From Acidobacteriota bacterium (lineage in GTDB: Bacteria; Acidobacteriota; CAIWXX01), in the NCBI GenBank assembly GCA_040755995.1, contig JBFMAF010000047.1, positions 1-27,369 of the forward strand: 27,369 nt of DNA, in the 5' to 3' direction. Below are positions 18,107 to 27,290 of this stretch, one piece after another; the first letter of the stretch is position 1, and the number at the start of each line of letters is the position of its first letter. A model generated the notes under the pieces. The model saw nothing but the letters and a program-made list of their open reading frames with translations, was not told the DNA's origin and ran no database searches. The translations under genes were made by a program, and so were the position numbers.

Positions 18107-18240
18107 CCCGATGCCATCCCTCGATCTCTGTCTTGACTTATTATCGCTCAAACGACCCCGGTTGAGTACTACGAATTTCCAACCACCCATACCTTCACTA
18201 ACGTCTCAAGAACCAGAGTCCCTCATGGTGTTTGTCACCC
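18107..18240 (-). promoter_or_regulatory. Conserved upstream region of precursor B (includes ATGAGGG-N12-GAGACGT at 18201-18226)
   Basis: Homologous to 8569-8740. Confidence 0.6.
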
Positions 18241-18509
18241 GGCTGAGGGCGCGACCCTGCCAGCGTGGGCCGTGGCAGTCGGGAAGTGGAGGCGACGGGT
18301 GGAGGTGAGTATGGGATCACCCGGCGGCCGCTCGGCACTTGTCTGACACGACGGCTGCGTCATCATGAGGACATGAAGGGAAGCGGCGAGATCTCCCGAA
18401 CCGGACTCGCCCCTGCAATCACGATCAGCAACCACAACCACACTCCTGTACCAATTGACTTCCCGATCGCCAGGGCCTACATTTGAGTGAGGGGGGCCCA
18501 TGGACCGAG

Positions 18510-18596
18510 TGCGATCAGGTCTGCGCTGAGGTGAGCGACACGGGCGTGGGCATTGCCCCCGAACACCAGGGCAAGGTATTCGAGCTGGGCGCGTAG
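18510..18596 (+). pseudogene. Histidine kinase HATPase_c fragment
   Basis: CDQVCAEVSDTGVGIAPEHQGKVFE matches the G1 and F boxes. No intact ORF surrounds it. Confidence 0.6.
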
Positions 18597-18606
18597 CGGC
18601 GCACTC

Positions 18607-18638
18607 TTGACATTCCGATCCGCCCCGTGTCCTAATCT
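18607..18638 (+). promoter_or_regulatory. Possible sigma70 promoter of menA
   Basis: Perfect TTGACA at 18607; imperfect -10 (TGt-CCTAAT, 18-nt spacer). Confidence 0.35.
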
Positions 18639-18740
18639 AGCCTCGTATCGGACGACGGACGGCCTCAGGGTGGGCAGCCCGGCCGGTCTGGGCCGCCTCG
18701 GACCGTCCGCGGGAATCTTGTGAAGAGGAGAGAGTGAGGA

Positions 18741-19688
18741 ATGGAACAACCGTCATTTCTTAAGAAGTGGATGATTGCTGTACGACCGTTCGCGTTTCCG
18801 GCATCGACGATGTCTGTCATCTTCGGGACTGTTCTCGCCGTCACGGTCGGACAGGCGCACTTCCGGCCGCTGCCATTCGTGCTCGCCTTTCTCGGCATGG
18901 TCCTTCTGCACGCTGGTGCCAACATCCTGGGCGATGTGAATGATTTCAAGAAGGGGCTCGACAAGGTGCCGACCCCCGTGAGTGGCGCCGTTGTTCGAGG
19001 CTACATCTCAACGGGTGAGGCGCTGACCGCGTCTATCGTGTTGCTCGCGATCGGCGCCGCCATCGGCCTCCTGCTCGTCTACTGGGTCGGCACGGCTGTC
19101 CTGTGGATCGGCGTCGCCGGCATACTCATCGGCGTCTTCTACACAGTCGGCCCGATAGCTCTCAAGTATCACAGACTCGGCGACCTGGCCGTGTTCCTCA
19201 ACTTCGGCATACTCGGCTCACTCGGCGCCTGGACCGTGCAGACTGGGGAGCCGTCGTGGGTGCCCGCCGTGTGGGCCATTCCGATGTCGATGCTGGTAGC
19301 CGCCATCCTCCACGCCAACAACTGGCGCGACATCTCGACCGATACCGAGGGTCGTATCGGAACCATGGCTTCTCTCCTGGGCGATCGTCTGTCTCTCCCC
19401 TACTACGGAGTCCTCGTATTCGGCGCGTTCGTCTGCATCCTGGTGATCGTGCTCCTCACCAACCTCGCGGGATTGCAGCCCGTGATGCCGTATACCTTCG
19501 TAATCACACTCCTTGCTCTGCCTCTCGCGCTGAAGCTCTGGCGCAAAGGACGGCTGCGGGCGAGTCCGGCGCAACCCCTCGATTTCGTCGCGTTGGACGG
19601 CGCCACGGCGCAACTCAACCTGCTCTTCGGTCTCCTCTGCACGGGCGCCCTGCTGCTGGACTCCCTGGTTGTGCACCTGCTCCGGTGA
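18741..19688 (+). CDS. menA: 1,4-dihydroxy-2-naphthoate prenyltransferase (UbiA family)
   Basis: W..AVRP, ANILGDVNDFKKGLD, YTVGPIALKY..LGD, ANNWRDISTD..G..T; multi-TM. Confidence 0.85.
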   Translation: MEQPSFLKKWMIAVRPFAFPASTMSVIFGTVLAVTVGQAHFRPLPFVLAFLGMVLLHAGANILGDVNDFKKGLDKVPTPVSGAVVRGYISTGEALTASIVLLAIGAAIGLLLVYWVGTAVLWIGVAGILIGVFYTVGPIALKYHRLGDLAVFLNFGILGSLGAWTVQTGEPSWVPAVWAIPMSMLVAAILHANNWRDISTDTEGRIGTMASLLGDRLSLPYYGVLVFGAFVCILVIVLLTNLAGLQPVMPYTFVITLLALPLALKLWRKGRLRASPAQPLDFVALDGATAQLNLLFGLLCTGALLLDSLVVHLLR

Positions 19689-20350
19689 CGCAGAAACCCT
19701 CTGAGTGCGCCAACGGCGGGGTGTCGCTCGCCGTCCTGAGCCTGCTCGCGGCGCTGCTCTTCTTCCCGCTTTTCATCACCCGCGGCATCGGCGCCTTCGA
19801 TTTCTGGTGGTGGATGGCATCGAACAACCTGCTGCTGGTTACACTCGTGATCGCCTCAAGCCGCGACTACCGGCAGGCGCTCGGCGCCGATGCCGGCCAG
19901 GGACTGCTCAAGAAGATAGCCCTGGGGCTGCTGGCTGCCCTGGCTCTCTTCGTGGTGTTCTACATAGGCAACCGCGTCTCACGCGCGCTCTTTGCGTTCG
20001 CAGGCACCGGAATCGACAATGTCTACGGCTTCAAGGAGGGTGCCTCGACGCTTCGAATCGGCGCTCTCATCGGCTTCATCATCGGACCGGGCGAGGAGCT
20101 GTTCTGGCGCGCCTTTCTGCAGCGCGCGCTTTCCCAAAGATATGGGCCCGTCCGCGGCTACGCAGTCGCTACGGCCTTCTATGCGCTGGTGCACGTGGGA
20201 AGCGGCAACACGATGCTCGTCTTCGCCGCTCTTGTCTGCGGCCTCTTCTGGGGCTGGCTGTACCTTCGATTCAATTCGGTGGTCTTGACCGGTGTAAGCC
20301 ACACTACCTGGGACCTCGTTGTGTTCCTCGCGCTTCCGTTCGGAGCGTGA
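19685..20350 (+). CDS. CPBP (CAAX/Abi) intramembrane glutamic endopeptidase
   Basis: GPGEELFWRAFLQ, FYALVH, SHTTWD. The GTG start overlaps the menA stop (GTGA). Confidence 0.88.
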   Translation: MTQKPSECANGGVSLAVLSLLAALLFFPLFITRGIGAFDFWWWMASNNLLLVTLVIASSRDYRQALGADAGQGLLKKIALGLLAALALFVVFYIGNRVSRALFAFAGTGIDNVYGFKEGASTLRIGALIGFIIGPGEELFWRAFLQRALSQRYGPVRGYAVATAFYALVHVGSGNTMLVFAALVCGLFWGWLYLRFNSVVLTGVSHTTWDLVVFLALPFGA

Positions 20351-20357
20351 GCTCCGG

Positions 20358-20386
20358 TTGAAATCCCGCTTCCCGATTCATATGAT
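20358..20386 (+). promoter_or_regulatory. Sigma70-type promoter
   Basis: TTGAAA-N17-TATGAT, 37 nt before the REC-ANTAR start. Confidence 0.65.
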
Positions 20387-20423
20387 CTGTGCTTCCTGGG
20401 CATAGCAATAGGGGAGATCGGCA

Positions 20424-20999
20424 TTGAGAAAACTTGACATTCTGGTTGCAGACGACGAATCCATCATCCGGCTCGGTCTCAAGGGAATCCTCGAGGAGGC
20501 CGGGCACACAGTCTACACCGCGTCCGACGGCCTGGCGGCCGTCCGACTCATGGAGAACCTCAAGCCCGATCTGGCTATCCTGGACATCAAGATGCCCGAG
20601 ATGGACGGCATCAGCGCCGCGCGCGCACTTCTGGACAGGTCGCCCATGCCGATCATCTTCCTCACCGCCTACGGCGAGCGGGAGCTCATCGAGCGCGCCG
20701 CGCGCCTGCCCGTCATGGGCTACCTGATCAAACCCATCAAGGAAGCCGAGCTGCTCGCGATGATCGAAGTCGCCGTCAGCCGCTTCGACGAGCACACGAG
20801 CACTGCGCAGGCGGCCGCCGAGCTGAAAGAAGAGATCGCACCCAGGCGCGCGGTTGACCGCGCAAAAGGAATGCTCATGCGCGAAGAAGGCATCAGCGAG
20901 CTGGAAGCCTACGAGCGACTGCAGCGCAGGGCAAGGGCCGAGCGGCGGTCGCTGCAGGAGGTGGCCGAGGAGACGGTGAACGAGCATGAGCGCGCTTGA
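20424..20999 (+). CDS. REC-ANTAR response regulator (AmiR/NasT/EutV type)
   Basis: REC residues ADDE, LDIKMP, FLTAY and IKP; ANTAR motif RRAVDRAKGMLM..GISE.EAY..L...A...R.SL.EVAE. TTG start with GGGGAG RBS. Confidence 0.92.
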   Translation: MRKLDILVADDESIIRLGLKGILEEAGHTVYTASDGLAAVRLMENLKPDLAILDIKMPEMDGISAARALLDRSPMPIIFLTAYGERELIERAARLPVMGYLIKPIKEAELLAMIEVAVSRFDEHTSTAQAAAELKEEIAPRRAVDRAKGMLMREEGISELEAYERLQRRARAERRSLQEVAEETVNEHERA

Positions 21000-21058
21000 G
21001 TTGAGCACTTCGATCGCGGATCGTGCCTCCACTCTCTACTCCAGATCCGGGGGCGACT

Positions 21059-23572
21059 ATGTCTAGATACCATGTCCACACCCACCCGGCGCCGGTGCCG
21101 TTCGAGCTACCGGCCGTCTTCATGAAGGACGAAACCGACAACTACGTCAAGTATGGCCACCGCGTATTCCAGGGCACATCGCAACGCGGCGACGGGTACT
21201 GGACGGCGGAGATCATCAGCCAGACGTGGTACCAGGCCGAGACGGGCCGCATCCCGATTAGCGGCGCGGGCTACGGGGGCCCGTTCTCGGGCGAGGGCTT
21301 CGAAGCCATGTGGCTGGACATGAGCGAGATCGTGCGCCCGACTCGCGACGGAATCCACGGCCGCGAGTACATCTCGACGGAGGTGATACTGGGTGGAGCC
21401 CCCGAGATGCTCGAGTTCGACCGCGACGGCCGCTTGCTCACACAGATGCCGCCCATACTTCACGTGCCGCTGCCCGTGATCTTCGGACCGCTGCCAATAC
21501 CGCTGCAGGGCCGGTGGGCCACACAGGCCATGACCCGAGCCGCTGACCGTCTTGGCACTCTCTTCATTCTGAGCACCGACGACCTCGACCTGGCTCCGGC
21601 CCGCAACCTGGCGATCCGGCTCGGCTCCGCCGACTTCGACGCCGCCGGTCTGCCGCGCCTCCCGAAGGAGCCTCAGCCCGTGTATGTCGAGATCGAGGAC
21701 GAGCCGTGGGCGCTGGAGCGCTGGCAGGCCGCGAGCAAGCACTGGCCGCATGCCCTTGTCGCGCTGCGTCATGCGCTCGGACCCGACAGCGCCGCCGAGA
21801 CCGAGCGGCTGCTGCGCCGGGGCGTGCGGCTGTTCCACTTCTACGGTGATCACGAAGGCCGCGACGCCGCCGGCCGGCCGCTGCCGGATTCGCTCCGCGC
21901 CGTGCACACGCACCTGGTGCAGCGCCTTTGGCGCGACAGCCTGTCGTTTCTGGTGAGCGGCGGGATCGCCGCGGCCGAACACGTGCCCAAGATCATCGCC
22001 TGCGGCGCCGACGCCGTCGTGCTGGACCTGGTGCCGATGGTGGCCTGGGGCTGCGGGCTGTGGGCGGACAAGCGGACCTGCCCGGTCGAGACGCGCGAGC
22101 AGGGTGTCGAATGGGCCGCACAGCGCCTCGTGAACCTCATGGCCGCCTGGCGCGACCAGCTTCTCGAGGCGCTCGGCGCAATGGGGATGCGCGAAGTCCG
22201 GCGGCTGCGCGGCGAGGTCGGCAGGGTGATCTTCGACGAGGTCGAAGCCAAGTCTTTCCGGCGTCTGTTCAAGGACACGGCGCCGGCCTCTTCGTACGCG
22301 CGGTTGCCGGAGGAGGAGACGGGCGAGGGCGACATGCGCTGGACTCACGCGCTGCTGGCGTCGTCCCACGAGCAGGCCCGGACGTGCCGGCCCAGCTCCA
22401 AGTTCGAGTTCCGCGCCGGCGGCTCCGGAGGCGGCTTCGATATGCTGGCGTTCCCGTTCGAGCTCACGGACGAGTGGCACCGAATGCTCCAGCGCCAGAT
22501 CGATCCGGCGGCGCCTCCTTCCGCCAACCCGTTCCTTGCCGACCCGGCCGGCTTCGACCTCGCATTGCCGCTGAACCGCCGGAAGGACGGGCGTCCCGAG
22601 CTCACGATACCGCTTCCGTGGTACGGCGCCGGGATGTCGTTCGGCAGCGTGGGCGTGCCGGTGATGCTGAGTCGCGCGCGCGCGGCCCAGGCCCTGGGGT
22701 CGTTCACGTCCACAGGCGAAGGCGGGTATCCCGATGAGTTGATCCCGTACGCCGACCACATCATCACACAGGTGGCCACGGGGCTGTTCGGCGTAAGGGA
22801 GGCCACGATCCAGAGGGCGCGGCTGGTCGAGATCAAGTACGCGCAGGGCGCCAAGCCCGGGCTTGGCGGCCATCTGCTGGGAAACAAGAACACGAATAGC
22901 GTCGCGAAGGAACGCGAGGCCGTGCAGGGGACGTCGCTCTTCAGCCCATTTCCGTTTCACAGCGTCTACTCGGTCGAAGATCACCGCAAGCATCTCGACT
23001 GGCTCAAACACATCAACCCGCGCGCCCTGGTGAGCGTGAAGGTGAGCACGCCGACTGACGTCGACATGGTCGCAGTCGGATCGTACTTCGCCGGAGCTCA
23101 CATCGTTCACATCGACGGCGCCTACGGCGGCACTGGGGCGGCTCCTGAGATCGCCAAGAAGAATATCGCTATGCCGATCGAATACGCCATCCCCAAAGTG
23201 CATCGCTTCCTGGAAGGCGAGGGCATCAGAGACGAGATTACGCTGATGGCGTCGGGAGGCATTCGCACAGCCTACGACGTGGCCAAAGCCATCGCGCTCG
23301 GAGCCGACGGCTGCATCATCGGCACGGCGGAGCTCGTGGCGATAGGGTGCACGCGGCTGGGGAGCTGCGAGCAGGGGCTGGGCTGTCCATTCGGAATCAC
23401 CACGACCGACCCGGAGCGCAGCAAGTTGGTCGACAGCGAAACCGGCTGGGGCCGGATCGTGAATCTCTACACGAGCTGGAAGTGGCAGCTCGCGGCCATA
23501 CTGCAGCGGCTCGACTTGAAGAGCATCCGCGAGCTGCGCGGGCGCACCGATCTCGTGGTGTACCTGGAGTAG
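21059..23572 (+). CDS. Glutamate synthase FMN-binding (GltB2-type) protein with two tandem FMN-barrel domains
   Basis: Domain 2 has GMSFGS, STGEGG, QVATGLFGV, EIKYAQGAKPGLGGHL, VSVKV, IDGAYGGTGAAP, SGGIR..DVAKAIALGAD and CTRLGSCEQGLGCPFGI. Domain 1 is degenerate (VSGGIAAAEHVPKIIACGAD..LGAMG..LRG). Confidence 0.85.
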   Translation: MSRYHVHTHPAPVPFELPAVFMKDETDNYVKYGHRVFQGTSQRGDGYWTAEIISQTWYQAETGRIPISGAGYGGPFSGEGFEAMWLDMSEIVRPTRDGIHGREYISTEVILGGAPEMLEFDRDGRLLTQMPPILHVPLPVIFGPLPIPLQGRWATQAMTRAADRLGTLFILSTDDLDLAPARNLAIRLGSADFDAAGLPRLPKEPQPVYVEIEDEPWALERWQAASKHWPHALVALRHALGPDSAAETERLLRRGVRLFHFYGDHEGRDAAGRPLPDSLRAVHTHLVQRLWRDSLSFLVSGGIAAAEHVPKIIACGADAVVLDLVPMVAWGCGLWADKRTCPVETREQGVEWAAQRLVNLMAAWRDQLLEALGAMGMREVRRLRGEVGRVIFDEVEAKSFRRLFKDTAPASSYARLPEEETGEGDMRWTHALLASSHEQARTCRPSSKFEFRAGGSGGGFDMLAFPFELTDEWHRMLQRQIDPAAPPSANPFLADPAGFDLALPLNRRKDGRPELTIPLPWYGAGMSFGSVGVPVMLSRARAAQALGSFTSTGEGGYPDELIPYADHIITQVATGLFGVREATIQRARLVEIKYAQGAKPGLGGHLLGNKNTNSVAKEREAVQGTSLFSPFPFHSVYSVEDHRKHLDWLKHINPRALVSVKVSTPTDVDMVAVGSYFAGAHIVHIDGAYGGTGAAPEIAKKNIAMPIEYAIPKVHRFLEGEGIRDEITLMASGGIRTAYDVAKAIALGADGCIIGTAELVAIGCTRLGSCEQGLGCPFGITTTDPERSKLVDSETGWGRIVNLYTSWKWQLAAILQRLDLKSIRELRGRTDLVVYLE

Positions 23573-23583
23573 GGGCCAAAGAC

Positions 23584-26187
23584 ATGTTGACGAGCAAGAT
23601 CGAGCAAGCAAGGCGGCTGATTGATTCGCGCCGCGCGTTGGTCGCAGGCGCGCGGGTTGCGCCGCGTCCCCCCGAGGCCGCCGAAGGCGGCTGCGGTGTG
23701 CTGGGCTTCGCATCGAACGTGCCGCTGCCGGGAAGGCACGTCGTCGGCGCCAGCTGCCAGATGCACAACCGCGGGAACGGCAAAGGAGGCGGCATCGCCG
23801 TCGCCGGTCTGGATCCGGAGCAGATGCGGGTGTCGCCGGACGTGCTGCGCACACACTACCTGGTCCAGGTAGCGTACCTGGACGAGGCCTCGCGAGGCGA
23901 GGTGGAGCGGGAATGCATCACCGGGCGATTCGACATCGCTGAGATGTATCGCGTCGAGACCCTCGGTGACTACCGGACAGTCGGCGGGCTCGACGTACGC
24001 CCGCCCGAGGTCGTGAGGTACTTCGCGCGAGTCAAGCCTGAGCACCTGGCGCGGTTCGCCGAGGAAAACGGGCTTCGCCATCTGCCCGCGCGGATGGTCG
24101 AAGACGAGTATGTGTACCAGAACACGTTCCGCCTGAACCAGCGATACTACGCGAGCCTTGGAGACAAGCGCGCATTCGTGCTGTCTCACGGCCGTGACAT
24201 GCTCGTGTTCAAGATCGTCGGGTATGCCGAGCAGGCGGCGGAGTACTACCGGCTGGAGGACCTGCGGGGTCACGTCTGGATTTCGCACCAGCGCTACCCG
24301 ACGAAGGGGCGGATATGGCATCCCGGTGGAGCCCATCCGTTCGTGGGCGTCAACGAGGCGCTCGTTCACAACGGCGACTTCGCCAATTACCACAGGGTCA
24401 CAGAATACCTGCGCCAGCGCAACATTGTGCCGCTGTTCCTTACGGACACCGAGGTGAGCGTCTTGCTGTTCGATCTCTGGGATCGGACGTACGGGTACCC
24501 GTTGGAGGCGCTGTTGGAGGCGCTTGCGCCGACGACGGAGCGCGATTTCGAGATGCTGCCCGAGGACAAGAGGCAGCTCTACCGCGCGATTCAGCAGACG
24601 CATCTGCAAGGCAGCCCCGATGGGCCCTGGTTCTTCATAGTGGCGCGGAGCAGGCCGGACCTGGGCGAGTGGCAGCTTCTCGGGATCACGGACACGTCCA
24701 TGTTACGGCCCCAGGTTTTCGCCCTGTATGAGCATGAGTCGGGCGACGCAGCGACGCCGGTGCAGATCGGACTGATCGCGTCCGAACGCCAGGCCGTCAA
24801 CGCGTGCCTGAGGAGTATCGCTGCCGAGGATTCGAGGTTTCAGCCGCTGGCGGACAAGTACTGGGTCGCGCGCGGCGGCAGCTACACCGACGGCGGCGCC
24901 TTCGCACTTACTGTCTCTCGCTCGGGCGAGAGCCGCCATCTGAGTTGCCATGACAAGTTCGGCAACCCGGTCGAACCGGCACGCCCGCGACCGGCGGCCA
25001 CTGCGTGCGCCCCGAAGGGCGCGCGACTTGCGGATTCGCTGGATGCGTTCGTGGAGAGAGGAGCAGCGAGCTGGTTTGCCGAGACAAAGGCCGCTTTCGG
25101 CTCTCAGAGTCGTGACGGCATCCTGGACGCACTGGATCGGATCGTTACGATCGCGATGCGAGGCCATGCCGAGTGCGATTTCGCCATCGCCGCGCTGTCG
25201 CATGTCCGCGATCGGCGGTTCGACACGGGGGAGCACAAGCGCTCGTGGCTTCTGGCGCAAGTCGATTCCGCTCTGTATCGCGTCTTCCGCGGGCTTCCGC
25301 TGTTGAACGGCCGCGGAGCCGGGTTCGCGCGGATGGAGTTCGCTACGTTAGCATGTTTGCGTGCGCCTCAGTCGGGCGAACATACGCTGGTGGTGGACGC
25401 GCGCGAGTTCGCGCCGGAGGGCGACGATTCGGCTGCAGCGCTCATCCGCCAGGCGCATTCGCTCGGCTGGCGCCGCTTCGTCGCGTTCGACTGGCGCGGT
25501 GGGCGGTTCGCCGGCTGCGGCCTGGGCCCCGCAACCGACGACGTTCGCATCGACATCTACGGCGATCCCGGCGACTACATCGGCTCGGGGCTCGACGGCG
25601 CGCATCTCACGGTGCACTGCGATGCCCAGGACCAGGCAGGCCAGATTCTGAAGCGCGGACGCCTAGTGATCCACGGCGACGTGGGCCAGACGTTTCTTTA
25701 CGGCGCGAAGGGCGGCGAGATCTTCGTCCTGGGCTCGGCGGCGGGCCGTCCTCTCATCAACGCGGTGGGCCGCCCGCGCGCGGTCATCAACGGCACGTGT
25801 TTGGACTACCTCGCCGAGTCCTTCATGGCTGGCGATCCGCTCAACGGCGGCGGCTTCGTGGTTCTGAACGGTGTCGGATTCGATGAGAGTGGTGGATTGA
25901 AGGAGTTGCGGACACCGTATCCCGGAGGCAATCTCTTCTCGCTCGCCTCCGGAGGAGCGATCTATGTGCGCGATCCACGACAAGAGGTGGGGGAGGACCA
26001 GCTCAATGGCGGCCGTATCGCCACGCTCTCTGCCGCGGACTGGGCGCTCGTCGAGCCGTATCTGAGGCAGAACGAGGAGCTGTTTGGAATCGGCATTGCG
26101 GAGCTACTCGCGGTCGACGGCGTCCAGAGGAGGCCGGAAGAGGTTTATCGCAAGATCGAGGTGAAATCGCTGGATGTGCTGCACTGA
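23584..26187 (+). CDS. Glutamate synthase amidotransferase (class II GATase) + GXGXG beta-helix fusion
   Basis: EGGCGVLG (Ntn Cys), HNRGNGKGGG, HQRYPT, AHPF, LVHNGD and TDTE, then C-terminal GDPGDYIGSG/GDVGQTFLYGAKGG/DYLAE repeats. Confidence 0.87.
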   Translation: MLTSKIEQARRLIDSRRALVAGARVAPRPPEAAEGGCGVLGFASNVPLPGRHVVGASCQMHNRGNGKGGGIAVAGLDPEQMRVSPDVLRTHYLVQVAYLDEASRGEVERECITGRFDIAEMYRVETLGDYRTVGGLDVRPPEVVRYFARVKPEHLARFAEENGLRHLPARMVEDEYVYQNTFRLNQRYYASLGDKRAFVLSHGRDMLVFKIVGYAEQAAEYYRLEDLRGHVWISHQRYPTKGRIWHPGGAHPFVGVNEALVHNGDFANYHRVTEYLRQRNIVPLFLTDTEVSVLLFDLWDRTYGYPLEALLEALAPTTERDFEMLPEDKRQLYRAIQQTHLQGSPDGPWFFIVARSRPDLGEWQLLGITDTSMLRPQVFALYEHESGDAATPVQIGLIASERQAVNACLRSIAAEDSRFQPLADKYWVARGGSYTDGGAFALTVSRSGESRHLSCHDKFGNPVEPARPRPAATACAPKGARLADSLDAFVERGAASWFAETKAAFGSQSRDGILDALDRIVTIAMRGHAECDFAIAALSHVRDRRFDTGEHKRSWLLAQVDSALYRVFRGLPLLNGRGAGFARMEFATLACLRAPQSGEHTLVVDAREFAPEGDDSAAALIRQAHSLGWRRFVAFDWRGGRFAGCGLGPATDDVRIDIYGDPGDYIGSGLDGAHLTVHCDAQDQAGQILKRGRLVIHGDVGQTFLYGAKGGEIFVLGSAAGRPLINAVGRPRAVINGTCLDYLAESFMAGDPLNGGGFVVLNGVGFDESGGLKELRTPYPGGNLFSLASGGAIYVRDPRQEVGEDQLNGGRIATLSAADWALVEPYLRQNEELFGIGIAELLAVDGVQRRPEEVYRKIEVKSLDVLH

Positions 26188-26223
26188 TTGCCGCAGCGCG
26201 TGGCATTGAGGGGAGGGGGGCTC

Positions 26224-26544
26224 ATGACAATGACGATAGTCTTGTACTCCAATGACCCCGAAACCGTTTGGAACGCCTTCCGCTTCGGGAACTTCGCCAT
26301 GACGCACGGCGACGATGTCACGTTCTTCCTCATCGGCAAGGGTGTCGAATGCCGGTCGCTGGACCTGGGTCCCTTCACGGTGACCCAGATGATCGCGGAT
26401 TTCATCGAGGCCGGCGGGAAGGTGCTGGCATGCAGCACCTGCCTGGAGCTGCGGGGCATGGGCTGCCCATCTGGGTTCGCAGCGGCGACGCTGAAAGAGC
26501 TGCACGAGCTGGTCGCGCAAGCCGATCGCGTGTGTTCGTTTTAG
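26224..26544 (+). CDS. DsrE/DsrF-like protein
   Basis: NDPETVWNAFRFGN..VTFFLIGKGVE..GGKVLACSTCLELRG..ADRVCSF. Confidence 0.85.
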   Translation: MTMTIVLYSNDPETVWNAFRFGNFAMTHGDDVTFFLIGKGVECRSLDLGPFTVTQMIADFIEAGGKVLACSTCLELRGMGCPSGFAAATLKELHELVAQADRVCSF

Positions 26545-26682
26545 CGACGCTGCGCCCTCGGAGCGACCGGTCTCTCGCGTTCCCCTCCTGGGGCGCGGGC
26601 GCGCCCACAACATCCTCGTCGGCCCAGGCAGTTGGCTGCACCCGTGCGCTCAGCGCGCTATAATTGCGTCGGGAGGTCAAGC

Positions 26683-26952
26683 ATGGCGTTGAGGCAGATC
26701 CTGGCTGACATCCATGCGTTGGAGCTGGAGTTGCTCGAGTTCGAGCGCAAGTACGGCCTTCGCTCCGAGACTTTCTACGCCGCCTACGCGGCAGGGGAGG
26801 AACCGGAGGACGACAGTTGGGTGCTGGATTTCGGTGAATGCGCTAGTGTCTACAGGACCTGGCTCGCTCGACAGGCTGACTATCGAGACGAGGTGCAGCG
26901 GCTCCAGCCTGACGCGCCCAGCCTCGCGGGCCTCATCCGAGTTGGCGTGTGA
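26683..26952 (+). CDS. Small acidic antitoxin-like protein (TumA-like)
   Basis: LLEFERKYGLRSETFY..DFGE; GGAGG RBS and TATAAT at 26659. Overlaps the next gene (GTGA). Confidence 0.6.
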   Translation: MALRQILADIHALELELLEFERKYGLRSETFYAAYAAGEEPEDDSWVLDFGECASVYRTWLARQADYRDEVQRLQPDAPSLAGLIRVGV

Positions 26953-27290
26953 TCAACCCCCTGCGCACACCGGATGACTACGAGCTGTTCCTGTACACAC
27001 TCGCCGACCGTTACCCATCTGTTCGACGCTCTACCCTGACATTTGTCGGCATCGGGGCGACTCTGGCGCGCGTCTCGGGTGAGCTGGCCTTCGACCGCGA
27101 CATCCGGCTGATCGTGCGGCAGCCTATCGTCTATGATCGGTTGCCTGCTCTTATCGACTGGTACGGGTACGAGGTTTGGCGGGCAGGAGAGAAACTGTAT
27201 TGGCACGACTCGCAACCCCATCCCCAGGAGCCAGGCTTGCATGCTAGCGCATGTTTGCAGGCGAGTGCGAAAACTGGGCTGAAACGATGA
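26949..27290 (+). pseudogene. TumE (DUF6516)-like toxin, apparently C-terminally truncated
   Basis: YGYEVWRAGEKLYWHDSQPHP..L matches the family, but the expected (F/H)PHHxH motif is replaced by unrelated sequence after about 27238. Confidence 0.55.

Noticed and set aside
18657..18708. Long GC hairpin in the menA 5' UTR as a riboswitch
   Set aside because: No riboswitch consensus was recognised, and such pairing is expected at this GC content.
19103..19684. Long N-terminal extensions in the ORF track (19103, 5931, 23347, 4631, 26632)
   Set aside because: They overlap upstream genes or are Arg-rich junk. Downstream starts with an RBS or translational coupling fit better.
19685..20350. CPBP protease as the RiPP leader peptidase or immunity gene
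   Set aside because: It is translationally coupled to menA and divergent from the precursor; nothing links it to the candidate system.
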